Positions 51,501 to 64,000 of a stretch of 64,000 nt of DNA are shown here, one piece after another (position 1 is the stretch's first letter; the number at the start of each line of letters is the position of its first letter). The notes beneath the pieces were generated by a model. That model saw only the letters and a program-made list of their open reading frames with translations. It was not told the DNA's origin and did no database searches. Made by a program: the position numbers and the translations under genes. This DNA comes from Lingula anatina (Eukaryota; Animalia; Brachiopoda). The DNA lies in assembly GCA_051362555.1 (NCBI GenBank), contig JBPQGU010000016.1, positions 4,836,001 to 4,900,000 on the forward strand, read 5' to 3'.

Positions 51501-54500
51501 AATTTTTTTTCTTCGTTATAGTGTCAGGTAGGTGTGTTCGGTCATTTGTAGTAAGAATAAAGTGCTGGAAGAGTGGTGGTGTCATCATTAAGGAAGAAAT
51601 AGAGCAAAAACTGTGTCTCCCCCCCCCCCCCCTCTCAGATTCTGTTCTCAGAGCTCATTTTTGGATCATCTTTAAAGCTAGAATTGGGGGCCTTGATGAA
51701 GTGACCCGGGCGCGTTTCCACATTTTTTATGAATGACAGGTGTGGTAGATTGATTTTCGTCACTTTTTGGAAAAATCGGAGACGGGTCAATTTTTGGTGA
51801 TTTTGAGTGATTTTGAACAGTGCCGGCACTGTGAGATTTCTTCAATTTTGGCCAGGTAGGGATGAAAAATTTTTTTCTTCGTTATAGTGTCAGGTAGGTG
51901 TGTTCGGTCATTTGTAGTAAGAATAAAGTGCTGGAAGAGTGGTGGTGTCATCATTAAGGAAGAAATAGAGCAAAAACTGTGTCTCCCCCCCCCCCCCCTC
52001 TCAGATTCTGTTCTCAGAGCTCATTTTTGGATCATCTTTAAAGCTAGAATTGGGGGCCTTGATGAAGTGACCCGGGCGCGTTTCCACATTTTTTATGAAT
52101 GACAGGTGTGGTAGATTGATTTTCGTCACTTTTTGGAAAAATCGGAGACGGGTCGATTTTTGGTGATTTTGAGTGATTTTGAACAGTGCCGGCACTGTGA
52201 GATTTCTTCAATTTTGGCCAGGTAGGGATGAAAAATTTTTTTCTTTGTTATAGTGTCAGGTAGGTGTGTTCGGTCATTTGTAGTAAGAATAAAGTGCTGG
52301 AAGAGTGGTGGTGTCATCATTAAGGAAGAAATAGAGCAAAAACTGTGTCTCCCCCCCCCCTCTCAGATTCTGTTCTCAGAGCTCATTTTTGGATCATCTT
52401 TAAAGCTAGAATTGGGGGCCTTGATGAAGTGACCCGGGCGCGTTTCCACATTATTTATGAATGACAGGTGTGGTAGATTGATTTTCGTCACTTTTTGGAA
52501 AAATCGGAGACGGGTCGATTTTTGGTGATTTTGAGTGATTTTGAACAGTGCCGGCACTGTGAGATTTCTTCAATTTTGGCCAGGTAGGGATGAAAAATTT
52601 TTTTCTTCGTTATAGTGTCAGGTAGGTGTGTTCGGTCATTTGTAGTAAGAATAAAGTGCTGGAAGAGTGGTGGTGTCATCATTAAGGAAGAAATAGAGCA
52701 AAAACTGTGTCTCCCCCCCCCCCTCAGATTCTGTTCTCAGAGCTCATTTTTGGATCATCTTTAAAGCTAGAATTGGGGGCCTTGATGAAGTGACCCGGGC
52801 GCGTTTCCACATTTTTTAGGAATGACAGGTGTGGTAGATTGATTTTCGTCACTTTTTGGAAAAATCGGAGACGGGTCGATTTTTGGTGATTTTGAGTGAT
52901 TTTGATCAGTGCCGGCACTGTGAGATTTCTTCAATTTTGGCCAGGTAGGGATGAAAAATTTTTTTCTTCGTTATAGTGTCAGGTAGGTGTGTTCGGTCAT
53001 TTGTAGTAAGAATAAAGTGCTGGAAGAGTGGTGGTGTCATCATTAAGGAAGAAATAGAGCAAAAACTGTGTCTCCCCAACCCTCTCAGATTCTGTTCTCA
53101 GAGCTCATTTTTGGATCATCTTTAAAGCTAGAATTGGGGGCCTTGATGAAGTGACCCGGGCGCGTTTCCACATTTTTTATGAATGACAGGTGTGGTAGAT
53201 TGATTTTCGTCACTTTTTGGAAAAATCTGAGACGGGTCGATTTTTGGTGATTTTGAGTGATTTTGAACAGTGCCGGCACTGTGAGATTTCTTCAATTTTG
53301 GCCAGGTAGGGATGAAAAATTTTTTTCTTCGTTATAGTGTCAGGTAGGTGTGTTCGGTCATTTGTAGTAAGAATAAAGTGCTGGAAGAGTGGTGGTGTCA
53401 TCATTAAGGAAGAAATAGAGCAAAAACTGTGTCTCCCCCCCCCCCTCTCAGATTCTGTTCTCAGAGCTCATTTTTGGATCATCTTTAAAGCTAGAATTGG
53501 GGGCCTTGATGAAGTGACCCGGGCGCGTTTCCACATTTTTTATGAATGACAGGTGTGGTAGATTGATTTTCGTCACTTTTTGGAAAAATCGGAGACGGGT
53601 CGATTTTTGGTGATTTTGAGTGATTTTGAACAGTGCCGGCACTGTGAGATTTCTTCAATTTTGGCCAGGTAGGGATGAAAAATTTTTTTCTTCGTTATAG
53701 TGTCAGGTAGGTGTGTTCGGTCATTTGTAGTAAGAATAAAGTGCTGGAAGAGTGGTGGTGTCATCATTAAGGAAGAAATAGAGCAAAAACTGTGTCTCCC
53801 CCCCCCCCCTCTCAGATTCTGTTCTCAGAGCTCATTTTTGGATCATCTTTAAAGCTAGAATTGGGGGCCTTGATGAAGTGACCCGGGCGCGTTTCCACAT
53901 TTTTTATGAATGACAGGTGTGGTAGATTGATTTTCGTCACTTTTTGGAAAAATCTGAGACGGGTCGATTTTTGGTGATTTTGAGTGATTTTGAACAGTGC
54001 CGGCACTGTGAGATTTCTTCAATTTTGGCCAGGTAGGGATGAAAAATTTTTTTCTTCGTTATAGTGTCAGGTAGGTGTGTTCGGTCATTTGTAGTAAGAA
54101 TAAAGTGCTGGAAGAGTGGTGGTGTCATCATTAAGGAAGAAATAGAGCAAAAACTGTGTCTCCCCCCCCCCCTCTCAGATTCTGTTCTCAGAGCTCATTT
54201 TTGGATCATCTTTAAAGCTAGAATTGGGGGCCTTGATGAAGTGACCCGGGCGCGTTTCCACATTTTTTATGAATGACAGGTGTGGTAGATTGATTTTCGT
54301 CACTTTTTGGAAAAATCGGAGACGGGTCGATTTTTGGTGATTTTGAGTGATTTTGAACAGTGCCGGCACTGTGAGATTTCTTCAATTTTAGCCAGGTAGG
54401 GATTAAAAATTTTTTTCTTCGTTATAGTGTCAGGTAGGTGTGTTCGGTCATTTGTAGTAAGAATAAAGTGCTGGAAGAGTGGTGGTGTCATCATTAAGGA

Positions 54501-57500
54501 AGAAATAGAGCAAAAACTGTGTCTCCCCCCCCCCTCTCAGATTCTGTTCTCAGAGGTCATTTTTGGATCATCTTTAAAGCTAGAATTGGGGGCCTTGATG
54601 AAGTGACCCGGGCGCGTTTCCACATTTTTTATGAATGACAGGTGTGGTAGATTGATTTTCGTCACTTTTTGGAAAAATCGGAGACGGGTCGATTTTTGGT
54701 GATTTTGAGTGATTTTGAACAGTGCCGGCACTGTGAGATTTCTTCAATTTTGGCCAGGTAGGGATGAAAAATTTTTTTCTTCGTTATAGTGTCAGGTAGG
54801 TGTGTTCGGTCATTTGTAGTAAGAATAAAGTGCTGGAAGAGTGGTGGTGTCATCATTAAGGAAGAAATAGAGCAAAAACTGTGTCTCCCCCCCCCCCTCT
54901 CAGATTCTGTTCTCAGAGCTCATTTTTGGATCATCTTTAAAGCTAGAATTGGGGGCCTTGATGAAGTGACCCGGGCGCGTTTCCACATTTTTTTATGAAT
55001 GACAGGTGTGGTAGATTGATTTTCGTCACTTTTTGGAAAAATCTGAGACGGGTCGATTTTTGGTGATTTTGAGTGATTTTGAACAGTGCCGGCACTGTGA
55101 GATTTCTTCAATTTTGGCCAGGTAGGGATGAAAAATTTTTTTCTTCGTTATAGTGTCAGGTAGGTGTGTTCGGTCATTTGTAGTAAGAATAAAGTGCTGG
55201 AAGAGTGGTGGTGTCATCATTAAGGAAGAAATAGAGCAAAAACTGTCTCCCCCCCCCCCCTCTCAGATTCTGTTCTCAGAGCTCATTTTTGGATCATCTT
55301 TAAAGCTAGAATTGGGGGCCTTGATGAAGTGACCCGGGCGCGTTTCCACATTTTTTATGAATGACAGGTGTGGTAGATTGATTTTCGTCACTTTTTGGAA
55401 AAATCGGAGACGGGTCGATTTTTGGTGATTTTGAGTGATTTTGAACAGTGCCGGCACTGTGAGATTTCTTCAATTTTAGCCAGGTAGGGATGAAAAATTT
55501 TTTTCTTCGTTATAGTGTCAGGTAGGTGTGTTCGGTCATTTGTAGTAAGAATAAAGTGCTGGAAGAGTGGTGGTGTCATCATTAAGGAAGAAATAGAGCA
55601 AAAACTGTGTCTCCCCCCCCCCCCCTCAGATTCTGTTCTCAGAGCTCATTTTTGGATCATCTTTAAAGCTAGAATTGGGGGCCTTGATGAAGTGACCCGG
55701 GCGCGTTTCCACATTTTTTATGAATAACAGGTGTGGTAGATTGATTTTCGTCACTTTTTGGAAAAATCTGAGACGGGTCGATTTTTGGTGATTTTGAGTG
55801 ATTTTGATCAGTGCCGGCACTGTGAGATTTCTTCAATTTTGGCCAGGTAGGGATGAAAAATTTTTTTCTTCGTTATAGTTTCAGGTAGGTGTGTTCGGTC
55901 ATTTGTAGTAAGAATAAAGTGCTGGAAGAGTGGTGGTGTCATCATTAAGGAAGAAATAGAGCAAAAACTGTGTCTCCCCCCCCCCCCTCTCAGATTCTGT
56001 TCTCAGAGCTCATTTTTGGATCATCTTTAAAGCTAGAATTGGGGGCCTTGATGAAGTGACCCGGGCGCGTTTCCACATTTTTTATGAATGACAGGTGTGG
56101 TAGATTGATTTTCGTCACTTTTTGGAAAAATCTGAGACGGGTCGATTTTTGGTGATTTTGAGTGATTTTGAACAGTGCCGGCACTGTGAGATTTCTTCAA
56201 TTTTGGCCAGGTAGGGATGAAAAATTTTTTTCTTCGTTATAGTGTCAGGTAGGTGTGTTCGGTCATTTGTAGTAAGAATAAAGTGCTGGAAGAGTGGTGG
56301 TGTCATCATTAAGGAAGAAATAGAGCAAAAACTGTCTCCCCCCCCCCCTCTCAGATTCTGTTCTCAGAGCTCATTTTTGGATCATCTTTAAAGCTAGAAT
56401 TGGGGGCCTTGATGAAGTGACCCGGGCGCGTTTCCACATTTTTTATGAATGACAGGTGTGGTAGATTGATTTTCGTCACTTTTTGGAAAAATCGGAGACG
56501 GGTCGATTTTTGGTGATTTTGAGTGATTTTGAACAGTGCCGGCACTGTGAGATTTCTTCAATTTTAGCCAGGTAGGGATGAAAAATTTTTTTCTTCGTTA
56601 TAGTGTCAGGTAGGTGTGTTCGGTCATTTGTAGTAAGAATAAAGTGCTGGAAGAGTGGTGGTGTCATCATTAAGGAAGAAATAGAGCAAAAACTGTGTCT
56701 CCCCCCCCCCCCCCTCAGATTCTGTTCTCAGAGCTCATTTTTGGATCATCTTTAAAGCTAGAATTGGGGGCCTTGATGAAGTGACCCGGGCGCGTTTCCA
56801 CATTTTTTATGAATAACAGGTGTGGTAGATTGATTTTCGTCACTTTTTGGAAAAATCTGAGACGGGTCGATTTTTGGTGATTTTGAGTGATTTTGATCAG
56901 TGCCGGCACTGTGAGATTTCTTCAATTTTGGCCAGGTAGGGATGAAAAATTTTTTTCTTCGTTATAGTTTCAGGTAGGTGTGTTCGGTCATTTGTAGTAA
57001 GAATAAAGTGCTGGAAGAGTGGTGGTGTCATCATTAAGGAAGAAATAGAGCAAAAACTGTGTCTCCCCCCCCCCCCTCTCAGATTCTGTTCTCAGAGCTC
57101 ATTTTTGGATCATCTTTAAAGCTAGAATTGGGGGCCTTGATGAAGTGACCCGGGCGCGTTTCCACATTTTTTATGAATGACAGGTGTGGTAGATTGATTT
57201 TCGTCACTTTTTGGAAAAATCGGAGACGGGTCGATTTTTGGTGATTTTGAGTGATTTTGAACAGTGCCGGCACTGTGAGATTTCTTCAATTTTGGCCAGG
57301 TAGGGATGAAAAATTTTTTTCTTCGTTATAGTGTCAGGTAGGTGTGTTCAGTCATTTGTAGTAAGAATAAAGTGCTGGAAGAGTGGTGGTGTCATCATTA
57401 AGGAAGAAATAGAGCAAAAACTGTGTCTCCCCCCCCCCTCTCAGATTCTGTTCTCAGAGCTCATTTTTGGATCATCTTTAAAGCTAGAATTGGGGGCCTT

Positions 57501-60500
57501 GATGAAGTGACCCGGGCGCGTTTCCACATTTTTTATGAATGACAGGTGTGGTAGATTGATTTTCGTCACTTTTTGGAAAAATCTGAGACGGGTCGATTTT
57601 TGGTGATTTTGAGTGATTTTGAACAGTGCCGGCACTGTGAGATTTCTTCAATTTTGGCCAGGTAGGGATGAAAAATTTTTTTCTTCGTTATAGTGTCAGG
57701 TAGGTGTGTTCGGTCATTTGTAGTAAGAATAAAGTGCTGGAAGAGTGGTGGTGTCATCATTAAGGAAGAAATAGAGCAAAAACTGTGTCTCCCCCCCCCC
57801 CTCTCAGATTCTGTTCTCAGAGCTCATTTTTGGATCATCTTTAAAGCTAGAATTGGGGGCCTTGATGAAGTGACCCGGGCGCGTTTCCACATTTTTTATG
57901 AATGACAGGTGTGGTAGATTGATTTTCGTCACTTTTTGGAAAAATCGGAGACGGGTCGATTTTTGGTGATTTTGAGTGATTTTGAACAGTGCCGGCACTG
58001 TGAGATTTCTTCAATTTTGGCCAGGTAGGGATGAAAAATTTTTTTCTTCGTTATAGTGTCAGGTAGGTGTGTTCGGTCATTTGTAGTAAGAATAAAGTGC
58101 TGGAAGAGTGGTGGTGTCATCATTAAGGAAGAAATAGAGCAAAAACTGTGTCTCCCCCCCCCCCTCTCAGATTCTGTTCTCAGAGCTCATTTTTGGATCA
58201 TCTTTAAAGCTAGAATTGGGGGCCTTGATGAAGTGACCCGGGCGCGTTTCCACATTTTTTATGAATGACAGGTGTGGTAGATTGATTTTCGTCACTTTTT
58301 GGAAAAATCTAAGACGGGTCGATTTTTGGTGATTTTGAGTGATTTTGAACAGTGCCGGCACTGTGAGATTTCTTCAATTTTGGCCAGGTAGGGATGAAAA
58401 ATTTTTTTCTTCGTTATAGTGTCAGGTAGGTGTGTTCGGTCATTTGTAGTAAGAATAAAGTGCTGGAAGAGTGGTGGTGTCATCATTAAGGAAGAAATAG
58501 AGCAAAAACTGTGTCTCCCCCCCCCCCTCTCAGATTCTGTTCTCAGAGCTCATTTTTGGATCATCTTTAAAGCTAGAATTGGGGGCCTTGATGAAGTGAC
58601 CCGGGCGCGTTTCCACATTTTTTATGAATGACAGGTGTGGTAGATTGATTTTCGTCACTTTTTGGAAAAATCGGAGACGGGTCGATTTTTGGTGATTTTG
58701 AGTGATTTTGAACAGTGCCGGCACTGTGAGATTTCTTCAATTTTGGCCAGGTAGGGATGAAAAATTTTTTTCTTCGTTATAGTGTCAGGTAGGTGTGTTC
58801 GGTCATTTGTAGTAAGAATAAAGTGCTGGAAGAGTGGTGGTGTCATCATTAAGGAAGAAATAGAGCAAAAACTGTGTCTCCCCCCCCCCCTCTCAGATTC
58901 TGTTCTCAGAGCTCATTTTTGGATCATCTTTAAAGCTAGAATTGGGGGCCTTGATGAAGTGACCCGGGCGCGTTTCCACATTTTTTATGAATGACAGGTG
59001 TGGTAGATTGATTTTCGTCACTTTTTGGAAAAATCGGAGACGGGTCGATTTTTGGTGATTTTGAGTGATTTTGAACAGTGCCGGCACTGTGAGATTTCTT
59101 CAATTTTAGCCAGGTAGGGATGAAAAATTTTTTTCTTCGTTATAGTGTCAGGTAGGTGTGTTCGGTCATTTGTAGTAAGAATAAAGTGCTGGAAGAGTGG
59201 TGGTGTCATCATTAAGGAAGAAATAGAGCAAAAACTGTGTCTCCCCCCCCCCCCCCCTCAGATTCTGTTCTCAGAGCTCATTTTTGGATCATCTTTAAAG
59301 CTAGAATTGGGGGCCTTGATGAAGTGACCCGGGCGCGTTTCCACATTTTTTATGAATAACAGGTGTGGTAGATTGATTTTCGTCACTTTTTGGAAAAATC
59401 TGAGACGGGTCGATTTTTGGTGATTTTGAGTGATTTTGATCAGTGCCGGCACTGTGAGATTTCTTCAATTTTGGCCAGGTAGGGATGAAAAATTTTTTTC
59501 TTCGTTATAGTTTCAGGTAGGTGTGTTCGGTCATTTGTAGTAAGAATAAAGTGCTGGAAGAGTGGTGGTGTCATCATTAAGGAAGAAATAGAGCAAAAAC
59601 TGTGTCTCCCCCCCCCCCCCTCTCAGATTCTGTTCTCAGAGCTCATTTTTGGATCATCTTTAAAGCTAGAATTGGGGGCCTTGATGAAGTGACCCGGGCG
59701 CGTTTCCACATTTTTTATGAATGACAGGTGTGGTAGATTGATTTTCGTCACTTTTTGGAAAAATCGGAGACGGGTCGATTTTTGGTGATTTTGAGTGATT
59801 TTGAACAGTGCCGGCACTGTGAGATTTCTTCAATTTTGGCCAGGTAGGGATGAAAAATTTTTTTCTTCGTTATAGTGTCAGGTAGGTGTGTTCAGTCATT
59901 TGTAGTAAGAATAAAGTGCTGGAAGAGTGGTGGTGTCATCATTAAGGAAGAAATAGAGCAAAAACTGTGTCTCCCCCCCCCCCCTCTCAGATTCTGTTCT
60001 CAGAGCTCATTTTTGGATCATCTTTAAAGCTAGAATTGGGGGCCTTGATGAAGTGACCCGGGCGCGTTTCCACATTTTTTATGAATGACAGGTGTTGTAG
60101 ATTGATTTTCGTCACTTTTTGGAAAAATCTGAGACGGGTCGATTTTTGGTGATTTTGAGTGATTTTGATCAGTGCCGGCACTGTGAGATTTCTTCAATTT
60201 TGGCCAGGTAGGGATGAAAAATTTTTTTCTTCGTTATAGTGTCAGGTAGGTGTGTTCGGTCATTTGTAGTAAGAATAAAGTGCTGGAAGAGTGGTGGTGT
60301 CATCATTAAGGAAGAAATAGAGCAAAAACTGTGTCTCCCCCCCCCCCCCTCTCAGATTCTGTTCTCAGAGCTCATTTTTGGATCATCTTTAAAGCTAGAA
60401 TTGGGGGCCTTGATGAAGTGACCCGGGCGCGTTTCCACATTTTTTATGAATGACAGGTGTGGTAGATTGATTTTCGTCACTTTTTGGAAAAATCGGAGAC

Positions 60501-63500
60501 GGGTCGATTTTTGGTGATTTTGAGTGATTTTGATCAGTGCCGGCACTGTGAGATTTCTTCAATTTTGGCCAGGTAGGGATGAAAAATTTTTTTCTTCGTT
60601 ATAGTGTCAGGTAGGTGTGTTCGGTCATTTGTAGTAAGAATAAAGTGCTGGAAGAGTGGTGGTGTCATCATTAAGGAAGAAATAGAGCAAAAACTGTGTC
60701 TCCCCCCCCCCCCCCCCCTCTCAGATTCTGTTCTCAGAGCTCATTTTTGGATCATCTTTAAAGCTAGAATTGGGGGCCTTGATGAAGTGACCCGGGTGCG
60801 TTTCCACATTTTTTATGAATGACAGGTGTGGTAGATTGATTTTCGTCACTTTTTGGAAAAATCGGAGACGGGTCGATTTTTGGTGATTTTGAGTGATTTT
60901 GAACAGTGCCGGCACTGTGAGATTTCTTCAATTTTGGCCAGGTAGGGATGAAAATTTTTTTCTTCGTTATAGTGTCAGGTAGGTGTGTTCGGTCATTTGT
61001 AGTAAGAATAAAGTGCTGGAAGAGTGGTGGTGTCATCATTAAGGAAGAAATAGAGCAAAAAATGTGTCTCCCCCCCCCCCCCCCTCTCAGATTCTGTTCT
61101 CAGAGCTCATTTTTGGATCATCTTTAAAGCTAGAATTGGGGGCCTTGATGAAGTGACCCGGGCGCGTTTCCACATTTTTTATGAATGACAGGTGTGGTAG
61201 ATTGATTTTCGTCACTTTTTGGAAAAATCGGAGACGGGTCGATTTTTGGTGATTTTGAGTGATTTTGAACAGTGCCGGCACTGTGAGATTTCTTCAATTT
61301 TGGCCAGGTAGGGATGAAAAATTTTTTTCTTCGTTATAGTGTCAGGTAGGTGTGTTCGGTCATTTGTAGTAAGAATAAAGTGCTGGAAGAGTGGTGGTGT
61401 CATCATTAAGGAAGAAATAGAGCAAAAACTGTGTCTCCCCCCCCCCCCCCTCTCAGATTCTGTTCTCAGAGCTCATTTTTGGATCATCTTTAAAGCTAGA
61501 ATTGGGGGCCTTGATGAAGTGACCCGGGCGCGTTTCCACATTTTTTATGAATGACAGGTGTGGTAGATTGATTTTCGTCACTTTTTGGAAAAATCGGAGA
61601 CGGGTCGATTTTTGGTGATTTTGAGTGATTTTGAACAGTGCCGGCACTGTGAGATTTCTTCAATTTTGGCCAGGTAGGGATGAAAATTTTTTTTCTTCGT
61701 TATAGTGTCAGGTAGGTGTGTTCGGTCATTTGTAGTAAGAATAAAGTGCTGGAAGAGTGGTGGTGTCATCATTAAGGAAGAAATAGAGCAAAAACTGTGT
61801 CTCCCCCCCCCCCCCCTCTCAGATTCTGTTCTCAGAGCTCATTTTTGGATCATCTTTAAAGCTAGAATTGGGGGCCTTGATGAAGTGACCCGGGCGCGTT
61901 TCCACATTTTTTATGAATGACAGGTGTGGTAGATTGATTTTCGTCACTTTTTGGAAAAATCGGAGACGGGTCGATTTTTGGTGATTTTGAGTGATTTTGA
62001 ACAGTGCCGGCACTGTGAGATTTCTTCAATTTTGGCCAGGTAGGGATGAAAAATTTTTTTCTTCGTTATAGTGTCAGGTAGGTGTGTTCGGTCATTTGTA
62101 GTAAGAATAAAGTGCTGGAAGAGTGGTGGTGTCATCATTAAGGAAGAAATAGAGCAAAAACTGTGTCTCCCCCCCCCCCCTCTCAGATTCTGTTCTCAGA
62201 GCTCATTTTTGGATCATCTTTAAAGCTAGAATTGGGGGCCTTGATGAAGTGACCCGGGCGCGTTTCCACATTTTTTATGAATGACAGGTGTGGTAGATTG
62301 ATTTTCGTCACTTTTTGGAAAAATCGGAGACGGGTCGATTTTTGGTGATTTTGAGTGATTTTGAACAGTGCCGGCACTGTGAGATTTCTTCAATTTTGGC
62401 CAGGTAGGGATGAAAAATTTTTTTCTTCGTTATAGTGTCAGGTAGGTGTGTTCGGTCATTTGTAGTAAGAATAAAGTGCTGGAAGAGTGGTGGTGTCATC
62501 ATTAAGGAAGAAATAGAGCAAAAACTGTGTCTCCCCCCCCCCCCTCTCAGATTCTGTTCTCAGAGCTCATTTTTGGATCATCTTTAAAGCTAGAATTGGG
62601 GGCCTTGATGAAGTGACCCGGGCACGTTTCCACATTTTTTATGAATGACAGGTGTGGTAGATTGATTTTCGTCACTTTTTGGAAAAATCGGAGACGGGTC
62701 GATTTTTGGTGATTTTGAGTGATTTTGAACAGTGCCGGCACTGTGAGATTTCTTCAATTTTGGCCAGGTAGGGATGAAAAATTTTTTTCTTCGTTATAGT
62801 GTCAGGTAGGTGTGTTCGGTCATTTGTAGTAAGAATAAAGTGCTGGAAGAGTGGTGGTGTCATCATTAAGGAAGAAATAGAGCAAAAACTGTGTCTCCCC
62901 CCCCCCCCCTCTCAGATTCTGTTCTCAGAGCTCATTTTTGGATCATCTTTAAAGCTAGAATTGGGGGCCTTGATGAAGTGACCCGGGCGCGTTTCCACAT
63001 TTTTTATGAATGACAGGTGTGGTAGATTGATTTTCGTCACTTTTTGGAAAAATCGGAGACGGGTCGATTTTTGGTGATTTTGAGTGATTTTGAACAGTGC
63101 CGGCACTGTGAGATTTCTTTAATTTTGGCCAGGTAGGGATGAAAAAATTTTTTCTTCGTTATAGTGTCAGGTAGGTGTGTTCGGTCATTTGTAGTAAGAA
63201 TAAAGTGCTGGAAGAGTGGTGGTGTCATCATTAAGGAAGAAATAGAGCAAAAACTGTGTCTCCCCCCCCCCCTCTCAGATTCTGTTCTCAGAGCTCATTT
63301 TTGGATCATCTTTAAAGCTAGAATTGGGGGCCTTGATGAAGTGACCCGGGCGCGTTTCCACATTTTTTATGAATGACAGGTGTGGTAGATTGATTTTCGT
63401 CACTTTTTGGAAAAATCGGAGACGGGTCGATTTTTGGTGATTTTGAGTGATTTTGAACAGTGCCGGCACTGTGAGATTTCTTCAATTTTGGCCAGGTAGG

Positions 63501-64000
63501 GATGAAAAATTTTTTTCTTCGTTATAGTGGCAGGTAGTTGTGTTCGGTCATTTGTAGTAAGAATAAAGTGCTGGAAGAGTGGTGGTGTCATCATTAAGGA
63601 AGAAATAGAGCAAAAACTGTGTCTCCCCCCCCCCCCTCTCAGATTCTGTTCTCAGAGCTCATTTTTGGATCATCTTTAAAGCTAGAATTGGGGGCCTTGA
63701 TGAAGTGACCCGGGCGCGTTTCCACATTTTTTATGAATGACAGGTGTGGTAGATTGATTTTCGTCACTTTTTGGAAAAATCGGAGACGGGTCGATTTTTG
63801 GTGATTTTGAGTGATTTTGAACAGTGCCGGCACTGTGAGATTTCTTCAATTTTGGCCAGGTAGGGATGAAAAATTTTTTTCTTCGTTATAGTGTCAGGTA
63901 GGTGTGTTCGGTCATTTGTAGTAAGAATAAAGTGCTGGAAGAGTGGTGGTGTCATCATTAAGGAAGAAATAGAGCAAAAACTGTGTCTCCCCCCCCCCCT
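39578..64000 (-). repeat. Same ~363-bp satellite, inverted block (~67 monomers, runs off the window end)
   Basis: Reverse complement of the same monomer (C-runs replace G-runs), highly homogeneous. Confidence 0.99.

Noticed and set aside
20489-63958. Hundreds of 60-107 aa ORFs (MPALxKITQNHQK..., MMTPPLFQHF..., MSGRCVRSF...)
   Set aside because: They are translations of the satellite monomer. They appear in several frames on both strands, are freely frameshifted by G-run length, and show no domain motifs.

Overview
AT-rich eukaryotic (metazoan, probably invertebrate; this is an inference) repetitive DNA with no intact protein-coding gene. The first ~20 kb is decayed transposable elements: (i) a pogo-type TIR element (110-2050, TA TSD) whose reading frame lacks the DDE core but carries an OTU cysteine-protease domain upstream of the transposase tail and PHD finger; (ii) an intron-containing Kolobok-like transposase remnant; (iii) two decayed Ngaro/DIRS tyrosine-recombinase retrotransposons in convergent orientation; (iv) hAT-like MITEs, a HINE-like end, a 34-bp G-rich minisatellite and older degenerate tandem repeats. 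From ~20.13 kb to the window end lies a ~363-bp satellite of about 120 monomers, which produces nearly all the ORFs in the track; these are spurious. The satellite switches variant class abruptly at a truncated monomer (~28510) and flips orientation at ~39580. The segment 28510-39580 is a variant-for-variant reverse-complement copy of ~40085-51090, i.e. an ~11-kb-arm fold-back palindrome with a ~500-bp spacer. Insertion-biased noise in its left arm suggests a chimeric-read or assembly artefact, though a real recent fold-back inversion is possible. Incipient 3-mer and 7-mer higher-order repeats occur at 55-60 kb.
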